The notes under the pieces were generated by a model. It made no database searches and was not told where the DNA came from. It saw nothing but the letters and a program-made list of their open reading frames with translations. From Candidatus Obscuribacterales bacterium (GTDB lineage Bacteria; Cyanobacteriota; Vampirovibrionia; Obscuribacterales; Obscuribacteraceae): a DNA stretch of 64,000 nucleotides. The translations under genes and the position numbers were made by a program. Where the stretch lies: assembly GCA_965228855.1 (NCBI GenBank), contig CBDDIJ010000002.1:512001-576000 (forward strand). The letters are read 5' to 3'. Below, piece after piece: positions 40,473-51,098 of the stretch (positions are counted from its first letter, which is position 1; the number at the start of each line of letters is the position of its first letter).

Positions 40473-40937
40473 AGCGCCGGTTCTACATTCGATCTGGATC
40501 AGCTTGCGATAGCTAGTACAGATCTCCGCGCGCCCGACGTAAAAGCTCAGAAGATACAAAATACATACGAAGAAATAAATCTTCAAGTCTATGATTCGCG
40601 CTAGTGATCAGCCTTTCAGCTCTCTTCTCAGAATTATCTTATTATTGCCTCAACCTCTTGGTAATTTAGTCTCCAATGTTCTAAGTAATAAGAGAACAAT
40701 TTCTCTTCCTGCCAAAAAAACTTCCGCGTAGCCCAATTCAGATAAGCTCTCACGAATAGCCTAGCCTTGGACACACGTCCTCGGTTTCGGCAGGTCATGA
40801 GCGTCTTGGGTTTCTCGCTGAGGTTTCCGCAGAAGAAATTGGGAGCTGGGTTCGGATTCCGGAGCCGGCTTCTCTGCGCACTCACATCGATGCTGCGTAG
40901 ATTCGCCCGTCTTCCACCAGACCGAAAGGGTAATGCT

Positions 40938-41132
40938 ATGTTCGTGACCCCGCTTACTCTCTGGTCCTGGGCGGCCGCCGCGCAGACGAGCTTCGTGCTT
41001 CAGTCCGCGATGTTCTGGCAGTCGGCTTTCGCTTCGGCGATCGCTCGTCCTCGACCCGCTCTTCGCCTCGCCGCCTTCAATCCCACGATCGTGCGGACCG
41101 AGCGGCGGGCGATTCTGGCTGTCGTCCGCTAG
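40938..41132 (+). CDS. Possible 64-aa small protein upstream of pepA
   Basis: GAAAGGG RBS-like sequence, ATG 40938, C/G-ending codon bias like its neighbours; no recognisable domain. Confidence 0.4.
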   Translation: MFVTPLTLWSWAAAAQTSFVLQSAMFWQSAFASAIARPRPALRLAAFNPTIVRTERRAILAVVR

Positions 41133-41265
41133 GTCGACAGTTCCTCCGTCGTAGTTTTCTGCCGTCATCGGTGGCTGGTTCAGCTGAACAGCTACTGGTG
41201 GCGGTTTCTCACACAACTCAAGCGACTCACGGTTGCAAACGTGGGTCCGAAAAGGAGAAATACCC

Positions 41266-42816
41266 ATGTCGAAGAACGACATCAATTTCGCCGTCGGCAA
41301 GTCCGCTCGGCGCGCTCTCGTCGCTGGCGCTGCCAGCGTGACTCTCGTTCCGGTGTTCGCCGCCGAGGACGAAACCAAGGGACTCCAGCTCGCCAAGCGC
41401 GTCTCCGCGCAGGCGAAGCTCGCCGGCTTCAAGGGCGAAACCGGCCAAACCATGAACGGCGCCACCACCGACGGTGCTGCCACGGTCAACTTCGGCGTCG
41501 GCGCCAAGGACAAGTTCGGCATCGAATCCTGGCGCAAGGCGGTCACCGCCGCCGTCAAGCAGGTGCGCGGTCTGAAGACCGACTCGATCACCCTGAAGGT
41601 CCCCGCCGATCTCGCCGGCGCCAAGTCGCTGCTCGGCTCGAACAGCCTGTTCGACCTCGGCGTCGCCACCTCCGAGACCGTCGCCATGGTTCTGTACCGC
41701 GCCAACCACCACAAGACCGCCGAAGGCGGCCACAAGGACGAAGGCGGCATCTCGAACGTGACGGTCGACGTCAGCGGTCTGACCGCGGCGCAGAAGCGCG
41801 AATTCCAGCGCGGCATCGCCGCCGGCGCCACGATCGGCAATGCCGTCGCCATCGCGCGCGACACCGCCAACGAGCCCGCCAACATCTGCACGCCGACGTT
41901 CATGGCGGAGCAGGCGCTGCAGCTCGCCAAGGACTTCCCGGGCTCGATCACGGTCGAGATCCTGGAGCGCAAGCAGTGCGAGACCCTGAAGATGAACGCC
42001 TTCATGGCGGTCGCGAAGGGCACGGAAGAGCCGCCCAAGTTCATCATCGTCAAGTACACGCCGGCGCAGTGCCGCGCGGACGGTCCCAACCTCGCCATCG
42101 TCGGGAAGTCGGTCACGTTCGACACCGGCGGCGTCGACCTGAAGCCGGCTGACGGCATGCGCGACATGAAGTACGACATGTGCGGCGGCGCCAACGTGCT
42201 GGCCGCCATGCGCGCGATCGCTGCCCTGGGCGTGCCGATGAAGATCACCGCCTACTGCGCCGCGACCGAGAACGCCACCGGCGGCAGTGCCTATCGTCCG
42301 GGTGACGTCTACACCGGTCTCGACGGGCGCAGCTACGAGATCGACAACACCGACGCCGAAGGCCGCCTGACCCTGGTCGACGCCATCGCCTACGCGCGCA
42401 CGTTCGGCAAGGCCACGCACATCGTCGACTACGCCACCCTGACCGGCGCCATCCTCGTGGCTCTGGGCGACCAGGTCGCCGGCGTGTTCTCGAACAACCA
42501 GGCGTTCGCCGACCGCTACCTGGCGGCCGCGAAGTCGCAGGGCGAACTCGCTCACCAGCTGCCCACCTTCGATCACTACAAGGAGCAGAACAAGTCCTCG
42601 ATCGCGGACATGAAGAACACGGGCGGTCGCCTCGCTGGTTCGACCACCGCGGCTCTGTTCGTGCTGTCGGCGGCGCGCGATGTGCCGGCGATCCACGTCG
42701 ACATCGCGGGCACGGCCTTCCGCAGCCGCGAGATCGGTCACGAGCCGGCCGGCGGCACGGGTTGGGGCGTGCGCACGCTCATCGCCCTGGCGCAGGACCT
42801 GGCCAAGAACGGCTGA
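41266..42816 (+). CDS. pepA: Leucyl aminopeptidase (peptidase M17)
   Basis: VGKSVTFDTGG, MKYDMCGG, NTDAEGRL, ATLTGA, HVDIAG; AAGGAG RBS. Confidence 0.95.
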   Translation: MSKNDINFAVGKSARRALVAGAASVTLVPVFAAEDETKGLQLAKRVSAQAKLAGFKGETGQTMNGATTDGAATVNFGVGAKDKFGIESWRKAVTAAVKQVRGLKTDSITLKVPADLAGAKSLLGSNSLFDLGVATSETVAMVLYRANHHKTAEGGHKDEGGISNVTVDVSGLTAAQKREFQRGIAAGATIGNAVAIARDTANEPANICTPTFMAEQALQLAKDFPGSITVEILERKQCETLKMNAFMAVAKGTEEPPKFIIVKYTPAQCRADGPNLAIVGKSVTFDTGGVDLKPADGMRDMKYDMCGGANVLAAMRAIAALGVPMKITAYCAATENATGGSAYRPGDVYTGLDGRSYEIDNTDAEGRLTLVDAIAYARTFGKATHIVDYATLTGAILVALGDQVAGVFSNNQAFADRYLAAAKSQGELAHQLPTFDHYKEQNKSSIADMKNTGGRLAGSTTAALFVLSAARDVPAIHVDIAGTAFRSREIGHEPAGGTGWGVRTLIALAQDLAKNG

Positions 42817-42863
42817 GTCGGCTGCCAGTGACCCGTGAGGTCCTGACGGTCTGACCGCACCGG

Positions 42864-42890
42864 GAGCAGGGGACTCAACATCCCCTGCTC
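42864..42890 (+). terminator. Hairpin after pepA
   Basis: gagcagggga-ctcaaca-tcccctgctc. Confidence 0.55.
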
Positions 42891-42981
42891 TCATTCACGA
42901 ACGGGATCGGCTCCCAAGCCGGTCTATTCGCCGGCGTTCACCCAACGCCATAGATTCACCCGTCACGAGAAGGAATCTTTC

Positions 42982-43314
42982 ATGACGGACAACAACAACA
43001 TCGGGAAGCCGACAAAGGCTCCTCATCTGCGTCTCGTCGTCAACGAGGCTTACGTCGACCCGGTCGAGGAGGAAGCGACAAAGTACGCAACCTATCTCGA
43101 AACCGAGTACGCCAGCCGCGCCAACAAGGTCGGCATGCCGAACTTCACGACCAGCATCGACGTTGTCGACTACCCGCTCGACAACGTGGTCGACCGCGTC
43201 GTTGCCATCATGGACAAGCGCGGCTGGACCGTCGAGCCGGTGGACTTCACCTGCTCTGGCGGTCGCGCCGGGTCGTTCTGGCTCACACCGCGCGACGTCC
43301 ATCGTAAGTTTTGA
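42982..43314 (+). CDS. Hypothetical protein
   Basis: 110-aa ORF, GAAGGA RBS, biased codon usage. Confidence 0.7.
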   Translation: MTDNNNIGKPTKAPHLRLVVNEAYVDPVEEEATKYATYLETEYASRANKVGMPNFTTSIDVVDYPLDNVVDRVVAIMDKRGWTVEPVDFTCSGGRAGSFWLTPRDVHRKF

Positions 43315-43452
43315 TCGCACTCGCTGCGGGCAGGCTCTTGTCAAACGGAGTCCTGCTCGCAAGCGAGATCGTTCCACCCAATAACCGCACCACATCCGGT
43401 GCATGAGGAACGGAACACATCCGCTTCTCAAACCTGACGAAAAGGACTCTAC

Positions 43453-43944
43453 ATGACTCAGGCTTCTATCCCCCGTCTCGTGATCGGCGCCCACCAGATG
43501 GTCGGACATGCGATCGTGCAATCGCTCTTCCGCCCGGGCTCGGTGACCGAAGTGACCATCCGCCCGCGGGACCGCTCGGACATGGGCGCCTTCATGGCGT
43601 TCAATCCCGGCCAGACTCGCGCACAGACGGCGGACGACATCCGCAACGAGGGCATCATGGCACTCGCCGGTGTGATCGCCGCGCGTGAACTGACGGGAAG
43701 CGTCGACGGCTGCAGCGCCTCGTTCATCAAGGGCAACTGCATCGCCACGCGCTACGTCGACCTCACCGAGCCGCAACTCGAGGGCACGCGACGCCTCACG
43801 CGCATCGCGGAGGTCGTCGAGACCTGGACCACGGCCGGCGTCGAGCTCGTGCGCGCCAACGAGGACAAGATCCGTCGCGTCGCCGGCGTCCTCCTCGAGA
43901 AGGAGACGCTCACCGCCGCCGAGTTCAGCGCGCTGGTCGGCTGA
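43453..43944 (+). CDS. Stand-alone FtsH protease-domain (M41)-like protein with a degenerate active site
   Basis: AHQMVGHAIV (compare HEAGHA), ALAGVIAARE, and C-terminal LVRANEDKIRRVAGVLLEKETLTAAEF typical of the FtsH C-terminus; AAAGGA RBS. Confidence 0.72.
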   Translation: MTQASIPRLVIGAHQMVGHAIVQSLFRPGSVTEVTIRPRDRSDMGAFMAFNPGQTRAQTADDIRNEGIMALAGVIAARELTGSVDGCSASFIKGNCIATRYVDLTEPQLEGTRRLTRIAEVVETWTTAGVELVRANEDKIRRVAGVLLEKETLTAAEFSALVG

Positions 43945-44368
43945 CTGCCGACGAGCTGACTCGCCGCCTCGCCTGATGGCGAGCGGACTGAATGCAGACG
44001 CCAATGGGCAGCCGACAGCTCTGCGGTAGAGAATCCCTGCTCACGAACCCGTTCTCTCAGCGCACGCGGAGCTCGTTTCCGACCAGCCGGTTTGAAACGC
44101 AGCTCCGCGTTGTACTGCGAAAGCGCAAACGGTTTCGTCCCCAAGAAAAACCAAAGTGGTTTGCCTGGGTCGACTTGTGCAGACTGCGCGAAGATCTGCA
44201 CAGGCCGACTTGTTGTCGAGGATGGCGACATCCTTTCAGGCAGGTCGTCAACTGTTTCCTCCGGCGAGTTCACCTTAATTCGTGCAGCGCTGCTGAAATG
44301 TTAGCCGCCAAGCGGTTAGCATATCCGACGGTCGACAGACAACCGGCAGTCGGAAAAGGAACACAGTA

Positions 44369-45808
44369 ATGAAACCACTACTCATCGCTGGACTGGCACT
44401 CATCCTCACACTGTTCGTCTTCGCTCGTCGCGGAGATGCGCGGTCCCAGATGCAGAACCGGTCGGCACCATCGATTGCCGCTCGCGCACGCGGCAACGTC
44501 AAAGTGATCGTCACGAGCGCCGACAAGAAATTCGCGGAGCAAGCGCCCCTTTCATGGAGCACGGCTTCCAGCGAGGGAGACGCGAAGATCGCGGTCGACG
44601 GCAGCAAGAAATACCAGGACATCCTGGGATTCGGCGCGGCTTTCACGGACGCGGCTTGCTTCATGATCAACGAGCTGCCCGCGGAGTCCCGCGCGAAGCT
44701 CATGAAGGACCTGTTCAGCCCCGACAGCCTCGGGCTCAACGTCAATCGTGTCTGCATGGGCTCGAGCGACTACGCCACGCACCTGTACAGCTACGATGAC
44801 GGCGACGAGCCCGACCCGGAGCTGAAGCGCTTCTCCATCGCTCACGACGAGAAGTACATTCTGCCGGTTATAAAACAGGCGCGCGAAATCAACCCGGACA
44901 TCTTCCTGTTCGCCTCGCCGTGGAGCCCTCCCGGCTGGATGAAGGCGAATAAGTCGATGCTCGGCGGCTCAATGCGCCAGTTCTACTTCCCGGCATACGC
45001 GCAGTATTTCGTGAAGTTCCTGAAGGGTTACGAGGCCAACGGCGTGCCCGTTCAAGGCGTGACCATTCAGAACGAAGTCGACACCGACCAGGACGGTCGC
45101 ATGCCTGCCTGCCTCTGGCCGCAAGAGTACGAGGTCGGCTTCATCGCCAACCATCTCGGACCGGCGCTCGAGAAGGAAGGCATGAAGACCAAAATCTGGT
45201 TCATCGACCACAACTACAACCTCTGGGGACGCGCTCAGGCATCGCTTGAGGACGCGAACTTCCGGAAGTATGTCGACGGCATCGCCTGGCACGGTTATGT
45301 CGGCGACGCGTCGAAAATTACTGATGTCCACAACGCCTTCCCGTCGGTCAACATGTACTGGACCGAGGGCGGACCGGACGTCACCAACGCCGACTACGGC
45401 GTCGACTGGGCAAAGTGGGGCAAGACCTTCACCGGCAACCTGCGCAACTGGTGCCGCTCGGTCACCGCCTGGAACTTCGCCCTCGACGAGGAAGGCAAGC
45501 CAAACATCGGTCCCTTCCCCTGCGGCGGCGTCGTCACCATCGACAAAAACACCAAGGAGATTCGCCATAGCGGTCAGTATTACGCGCTCGGGCATTTCTC
45601 GAAGTTCATCAAACGCGGCGCAAAACGCATCGACTCGACGGCTTCGGTCGAAGGGATCGATCACGTTGCATTTGAGAATCCCGATGGACAGCGGGTAGCG
45701 GTTGTCACCAATAGTGGTGCGGCGCGCTCGGTGTCTCTCAAGGACGGGGACAACACGGTCGACATCGCGCTCGAGCCGAACTCCGTCACCACGCTCGTCT
45801 GGGAATAA
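44369..45808 (+). CDS. Glycoside hydrolase family 30 (glucosylceramidase / beta-1,6-glucanase-like), secreted
   Basis: YQDILGFGAAFTD, ASPWSPPGWMK, TIQNE (acid/base), WHGY, WTEG (nucleophile), YYALGHFSKFI, VAFENPDG. Confidence 0.94.
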   Translation: MKPLLIAGLALILTLFVFARRGDARSQMQNRSAPSIAARARGNVKVIVTSADKKFAEQAPLSWSTASSEGDAKIAVDGSKKYQDILGFGAAFTDAACFMINELPAESRAKLMKDLFSPDSLGLNVNRVCMGSSDYATHLYSYDDGDEPDPELKRFSIAHDEKYILPVIKQAREINPDIFLFASPWSPPGWMKANKSMLGGSMRQFYFPAYAQYFVKFLKGYEANGVPVQGVTIQNEVDTDQDGRMPACLWPQEYEVGFIANHLGPALEKEGMKTKIWFIDHNYNLWGRAQASLEDANFRKYVDGIAWHGYVGDASKITDVHNAFPSVNMYWTEGGPDVTNADYGVDWAKWGKTFTGNLRNWCRSVTAWNFALDEEGKPNIGPFPCGGVVTIDKNTKEIRHSGQYYALGHFSKFIKRGAKRIDSTASVEGIDHVAFENPDGQRVAVVTNSGAARSVSLKDGDNTVDIALEPNSVTTLVWE

Positions 45809-45948
45809 GCCCGGAGCGCCCGTAACTACAAACCGCGAGGCTCGCATCTAGCCTGCCGATCGAACAGCGCAAAAGGTTTCTTGCTTGAAACCGATTGCGC
45901 TGTTTCAGTTCGTCGACAGGCTCATGGAGCCTCGCAGAGGTTTGCGTC

Positions 45949-47718
45949 ATGAAAACTCTATCTAACGCACTTCCATGGAAGCGCCTGGTTAAGGTCGGCA
46001 AACCGTTCTGGGTCTCAGAATCCAAATGGACGGGTTTCCTTCACCTCGGCCTCGTGCTCGGCTTACTCGCTGCCAACGCGGGCGTTGCTTACTTCATCAA
46101 CCGGAACGCCGGTGCCTGGATGGAGTCGATCCAGCTCAAGAAGGTCGACGACTTCTGGTATTACACGGCGGTCTACGGTGGTCTCATCCTGCTGGCCACG
46201 CCCGTGCAGGTCTTCTACGGCTACTTCCGCACGCGCCTTGCGCTCGTGTGGCGCCGCTGGCTCTCCACGAGCTTCTTCGCCGGGTACTTCTCGAATCAGG
46301 CGTACCTGAAGATGACGCGCGACAAGGAGCTGGACAACCCCGACCAGCGCATGGCGCAGGACGTCGACTCGTTCTGCAACTCGTCGGTCGGTCTGTTCAT
46401 CTCCATCATCGACGCCGTCGTCAATGTCACCATGTTCGCAGGTCTGCTCTGGTACCTCTCCGGAACGCTGACCTGGACCGTGATCGGCTATTCGGCGATG
46501 GGTTCGCTCATCGTCATCCTCATCGGTCGAGCTCTCGTCAAGCTCACCTTCAACCAGATGAAAACCGAAGCCGACCTGCGTTTCGGCCTGGCCGAAGTTC
46601 GCCGCGAGGCGGAAACCGTCGCGCTCTACCGCGGCGAGGCGCTGGCGATGGCACAGGCGAAAACCCGTCTGGGCCGGGTGATCGACACGCTCATGTCGAT
46701 CATGAACGTGAACCGAAACATCCAGCTCTTCACCAACGCCTACAACATGTTCGTGCCGGTCATCCCCGCTCTGATCATGGCGCCCCTGTATTTCAAGGGC
46801 ACGGCCAAGTTCGGCGACATCACCCAGGCGACCATGGCCTTCCAGGCTGTGTTCAACGGCGCGACCATCCTGATCGGTCAGTTCGGCGGCATCACCGCCT
46901 TCACCGCCACCATCAACCGCCTCGGTTCCTTCCTGGAAGGTCTCGAAGCGGCTGGCGTGGAGCGGGTTCCGGCCGGCAAGCGTATCAATGTGACCGAGGG
47001 CGATGAAGTCACCTTCGATAAGGTCACTGTCACCACCCCCGATACCGGCCGCGATCTGATTGTCGGTCTGACCGTCGGCGTGGGCAAAGGTAAGAGCATG
47101 CTCGTCACCGGACCTGACGGCTCCGGCAAGTCGTCCCTGCTCCGGGTGCTCACGGGAATCTGGACCACGGGTTCGGGCAACTTGCAGCGACCGACGAATG
47201 GCGAGGTCATGTTCCTCGACAAGTCGCCGTACCTTCCGCCGATGACGCTCCGCGAAGCGCTCTGCTTCCCGACCACGCTCAACTCGGCGAACGATGACGA
47301 CCGCCTGCAGCAGGTGCTCAACCTGGTCGACCTCGGCGACCTGCCGAAGAAGAGCGATGGTTTCGACACCGAGCAGACCTGGCGCGAGACGCTGTCTCCC
47401 AGCCAGCAGCAGCGCCTGGCTCTGGCGCGCATCATCAACCTGAAGCCCAAGTACGTCGTCATCGACGAGGCTTCGGCGTCCCTGGAAGCGGAGAACGAGA
47501 AGCTGCTCTATCAGCTCCTCACCACGATCGGAGCGACCTTCGTCAGCGCCGGCAACGGTAACATGCTGGCCAAGTACCACACTCAGGTCCTCGAGCTCGC
47601 CGGCGACGGCAGCTGGAAGGTGTATCCGGCATCGGACTATCAGCCCAAGACCTGGCGCTCGTTCCAGAACTTCGTGCCGGACTTCCTGCTCGGCGACAAG
47701 AAGGACAAGCGCAGCTAA
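45949..47718 (+). CDS. ABCD/YddA-type ABC half-transporter (TMD plus NBD), NBD degenerate
   Basis: LDNPDQRMAQD, EADLRFGL...EAETVALYRGE (EAA motif), GPDGSGKSSL, VVIDEAS. Confidence 0.9.
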   Translation: MKTLSNALPWKRLVKVGKPFWVSESKWTGFLHLGLVLGLLAANAGVAYFINRNAGAWMESIQLKKVDDFWYYTAVYGGLILLATPVQVFYGYFRTRLALVWRRWLSTSFFAGYFSNQAYLKMTRDKELDNPDQRMAQDVDSFCNSSVGLFISIIDAVVNVTMFAGLLWYLSGTLTWTVIGYSAMGSLIVILIGRALVKLTFNQMKTEADLRFGLAEVRREAETVALYRGEALAMAQAKTRLGRVIDTLMSIMNVNRNIQLFTNAYNMFVPVIPALIMAPLYFKGTAKFGDITQATMAFQAVFNGATILIGQFGGITAFTATINRLGSFLEGLEAAGVERVPAGKRINVTEGDEVTFDKVTVTTPDTGRDLIVGLTVGVGKGKSMLVTGPDGSGKSSLLRVLTGIWTTGSGNLQRPTNGEVMFLDKSPYLPPMTLREALCFPTTLNSANDDDRLQQVLNLVDLGDLPKKSDGFDTEQTWRETLSPSQQQRLALARIINLKPKYVVIDEASASLEAENEKLLYQLLTTIGATFVSAGNGNMLAKYHTQVLELAGDGSWKVYPASDYQPKTWRSFQNFVPDFLLGDKKDKRS

Positions 47719-47929
47719 TACCACCTGTGGTGCCAGCGCGAGAAACACTTGCGGTTTCACTGGTATCATTAATGGTGCTAGCCACCAAGAAGGGCGATGG
47801 ACGCACACACGCCCACCGTCAAACGCGGTGAAGGACCGGCTTCCGCTTTTCGGTTCTTCACCGCGCCACTTCGCCCGTACTCAAAGCGGAAACAACTTCG
47901 TGCAAAGAAAAAAACGAAAGGGAATTTCA

Positions 47930-48364
47930 ATGACCCCGGAAAAGTCTGTCCAGAGCGCTGGGCAACTGAGATTCATGCTGGAGCGCATGAAGGCGATTCA
48001 GGCTCGCTTCGAGTCGCTGCCCGCTCCGAAGGATTCCGCATCGTTCAGCCGCCGGCACGCGCTCGGCAAGCTGCTTCGCACCACGGACCACCTGACCAAG
48101 GCGCTGACCATCAACTTCGGTCACAGCCCCGAAGGTCTCGCCGTGCTGTCGGCCACCACCGTCGGTGGCAAAGGTCTCGACAGCGAGCAGGTCGAATTCA
48201 TCCGCGACCAGTGCGCGGACGAACTCGCGTATAAGCACGCGTTCAGCGACAATCTCACCGACGCCATCATCATCGAGGCAAGCGGCATCGAGATTCAGGA
48301 GATGCTGACGTTCCTCCAGCCCCTGGTGGATCGCTGCGCCTCCCTGCTCACCGCGGAGTGCTGA
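47930..48364 (+). CDS. Hypothetical protein
   Basis: 144-aa ORF from ATG 47930 after AAAGGGA; biased codon usage. Confidence 0.7.
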   Translation: MTPEKSVQSAGQLRFMLERMKAIQARFESLPAPKDSASFSRRHALGKLLRTTDHLTKALTINFGHSPEGLAVLSATTVGGKGLDSEQVEFIRDQCADELAYKHAFSDNLTDAIIIEASGIEIQEMLTFLQPLVDRCASLLTAEC

Positions 48365-48730
48365 CCTCGCGCCTCCCAGCGTGACGGACGCACTTGACCA
48401 GGGCGAGTCCCAATCACCACCTGCGGTGCAGCACGCATCACAGGCGGAGAGAACGGACTCGCCCACGCAGCTGGAAGACGCCGGCGCCCTGCGCGTCGGC
48501 GCCTTTCTGCGCCCTGAAAATGTTGGACGTCACAGCATCATTTTTTGTTCGAAATTCGAACGATGCTGCAGAGAAACCGACAAGGGAGCTCACAGGAAAC
48601 CCCCGAGCGGGTTGAAACCGCTCCGCTCAGATTGCCCACGGGCAAGTCTTCGAGCCGTGAAACCGCAGCCGCGTGAAGCGCAAACGGTTTTCCCGGACAT
48701 CCTCAGAAACTCCCCAAACAGGAACATCAA

Positions 48731-50590
48731 ATGAAAGAATCATCGACCTCTTCGCTCCTCAATCTCCGCCACGCTCGCCTCGCCGCCTGGGTGACGAGCA
48801 TGGACGCGCTTCTCCAGCCCGACCGCATCATCGTGTGCGACGGTTCGCAGGACGAGTTCGACCGCCTCACGGCGGAGATGGTGGCGAGTGGTACCCTGAC
48901 TCGACTCAACGCCGAGCTGCGCCCGAACAGCTTCCTGGCTCGTTCGGACGTGTCCGATGTGGCGCGCGTCGAAGAGCGCACCTTCATCTGCTCGAAGGAC
49001 AAGGACGACGCCGGTCCGACCAACAACTGGATGGACCCTGCCGAGGCGAAAGCCACCCTGTCCGCCCTGTTCGACGGCGCCATGCGCGGACGCACGATGT
49101 ACGTGATTCCGTTCAGCATGGGCCCGCTCGGCTCCGATATCTCGCATATCGGCGTCGAGATCACCGACTCGCCTTACGTGGTCGCCAGCATGCGCATGAT
49201 GACGCGCATGGGCTCCGCGGTTCTCGACGAGCTCGGCGACGACGGCGAGTTCATCCCCTGCCTGCATTCGGTCGGCGCGCCGCTGTCCGAAGGTCAGGCC
49301 GACGTGAGCTGGCCGTGCAACAAGACCAAGTACATCTGCCACTTCCCGGAGAGCCGCGAAATCTGGTCTTTCGGCTCGGGCTACGGCGGCAACGCCCTGC
49401 TCGGCAAGAAGTGCTTCGCGCTGCGCATCGCCTCCAGCATGGCTCGCGAAGAAGGCTGGCTCGCCGAGCACATGCTCATCCTCGGGCTCGAATCGCCCGA
49501 AGGCGAGAAGAAGTACATCGCCTGCGCGTTCCCGAGCGCCTGCGGCAAGACGAACCTCGCCATGCTCGTGCCGCCCGCCGGCTTCGACGGCTGGAAGGTG
49601 ACGACGGTGGGCGATGACATCGCCTGGATCAAACCGGACGCGACGGGAACGCTGCGCGCCATCAACCCGGAAGCCGGCTACTTCGGCGTCGCTCCCGGTA
49701 CGTCGCCGAAGACCAACCCGAATGCGATCGCCTCTCTCGGTCGCGACTGCATCTTCACGAACGTCGCGCTTACCCCGGACGGCGACGTCTGGTGGGAGGG
49801 TCTGACCGACGAAGCGCCCGCTTCCCTGATCGACTGGGAAGGCCGCGAATGGACGCCGGGTTGCGGTCGCAAGGCTGCCCACCCGAACGCCCGCTTCACC
49901 GTCGCCGCCACCAACTGCCCGTCGCTCGACAGCGAATGGGACAACCCGGAAGGCGTGCCGATTTCGGCATTCGTCTTCGGCGGACGGCGCGAGAGCACGG
50001 TACCGCTGGTGGTGCAGTCGCACAACTGGCTCTACGGTGTCTACATGGGCGCGACCCTCGGCTCCGAAACCACGGCGGCTGCTGCCGGCGCGGTCGGACA
50101 GGTGCGCCGCGACCCGATGGCGATGCTGCCCTTCTGCGGCTACAACATCGGCGACTACTTCGCGCACTGGCTCGAAATCGGTCGCAAGATCGAGGGCGTC
50201 AACGACGAGAACTGGCTCTGGGGCAGCGACGACGCCAAGCTCCCGCCGGTGTTCTGCGTCAACTGGTTCCGCAAGGACGAGAACGGCAAGTTCATCTGGC
50301 CGGGCTTCGGCGACAACATGCGCGTGCTGAAGTGGATCTTCGAGCGCACCAATGGCGGTGGCGGCGCGGAGACCACGGTGCTGGGCTGGAAGCCTCGCCA
50401 CGAGGACCTGGACTGGACCGGTCTCGACTTCTCGCCGGCGGCATACGCTGCGGCAAGCAAGATCGACCCCGCCGAATGGACCGCCGAGATCGCTCTCCAG
50501 AAGGAACTCTTCGCGAAGGTCGGCGGACGCCTGCCGGGCTGCCTCAACGCCCTGATCGGCGGAATCGAAACCGAGTTCAAGAAGCTCTAA
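48731..50590 (+). CDS. pckG: Phosphoenolpyruvate carboxykinase (GTP)
   Basis: [67 protein letters not shown]. Confidence 0.97.
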   Translation: MKESSTSSLLNLRHARLAAWVTSMDALLQPDRIIVCDGSQDEFDRLTAEMVASGTLTRLNAELRPNSFLARSDVSDVARVEERTFICSKDKDDAGPTNNWMDPAEAKATLSALFDGAMRGRTMYVIPFSMGPLGSDISHIGVEITDSPYVVASMRMMTRMGSAVLDELGDDGEFIPCLHSVGAPLSEGQADVSWPCNKTKYICHFPESREIWSFGSGYGGNALLGKKCFALRIASSMAREEGWLAEHMLILGLESPEGEKKYIACAFPSACGKTNLAMLVPPAGFDGWKVTTVGDDIAWIKPDATGTLRAINPEAGYFGVAPGTSPKTNPNAIASLGRDCIFTNVALTPDGDVWWEGLTDEAPASLIDWEGREWTPGCGRKAAHPNARFTVAATNCPSLDSEWDNPEGVPISAFVFGGRRESTVPLVVQSHNWLYGVYMGATLGSETTAAAAGAVGQVRRDPMAMLPFCGYNIGDYFAHWLEIGRKIEGVNDENWLWGSDDAKLPPVFCVNWFRKDENGKFIWPGFGDNMRVLKWIFERTNGGGGAETTVLGWKPRHEDLDWTGLDFSPAAYAAASKIDPAEWTAEIALQKELFAKVGGRLPGCLNALIGGIETEFKKL

Positions 50591-50639
50591 TCGGGCTCAC
50601 TGAAGCTCGTTTCTAAAACAAATAAGCACTCGTAACCTC

Positions 50640-50680
50640 GAAGGGAACCAAGATTTTGTCTTGGTTCCCTTCTCTTTTTT
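50640..50680 (+). terminator. Intrinsic terminator after pckG
   Basis: gaagggaaccaaga-ttttg-tcttggttcccttc followed by tctttttt. Confidence 0.85.
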
Positions 50681-50785
50681 AAAAACCCTCTACTATATGA
50701 TCCCGTTTCTCTCAAAGCTCAAAGAGTCGACAGTGCGTACGTTTCGAGCATTCGAACAGTTTCTGCCTTAGCCCGAAGAGCCATT

Positions 50786-50837
50786 TGGCTATCCCACGAT
50801 GCCGGATTTCGCCAAAAGCGTCATTCCAGGATAGACA
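50786..50837. repeat. 52-bp dyad element, copy 8
   Basis: tggcta-tcccacga-tgccg-gatttcgccaaaag-cgtca-ttccagga-tagaca; CTACTATA at 50690. Confidence 0.92.
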
Positions 50838-50953
50838 CGAAGGGCGTCAACTCGCCTACTATATACTTTCGTTTCCCTTAAAGACCCAAAGCGCTGACTA
50901 TTCGCCGCTTTTGAGCCTTCGGGCAATTTCGAGACTAACCAGAAACAGTCATC

Positions 50954-51005
50954 TGTCTATCCCACGATGCCGGTTTTCGCCAAAAGCGTCATTCCAGGAT
51001 AGACA
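50954..51005. repeat. 52-bp dyad element, copy 9
   Basis: tgtcta-tcccacga-tgccg-gttttcgccaaaag-cgtca-ttccagga-tagaca; CTACTATA at 50856, CATAGTAG at 51084. Confidence 0.92.
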
Positions 51006-51098
51006 AAAGACCCCTAGCGTCTTAGCCTTATCCCCGAACCTCAATGCGCAAGGTACTTCGCAGCAATGCGATGCGCTACATGGCATAGTAGTAATTTT

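Noticed and set aside
40761..44004. Long minus-strand ORFs (495, 555 and 369 aa) opposite pepA and its neighbours
   Set aside because: Antisense shadows of GC3-rich genes with no recognisable domains.
46063..50401. 581-aa and 553-aa minus-strand ORFs opposite the ABCD transporter and pckG
   Set aside because: Antisense shadows; the plus-strand proteins carry full family signatures.
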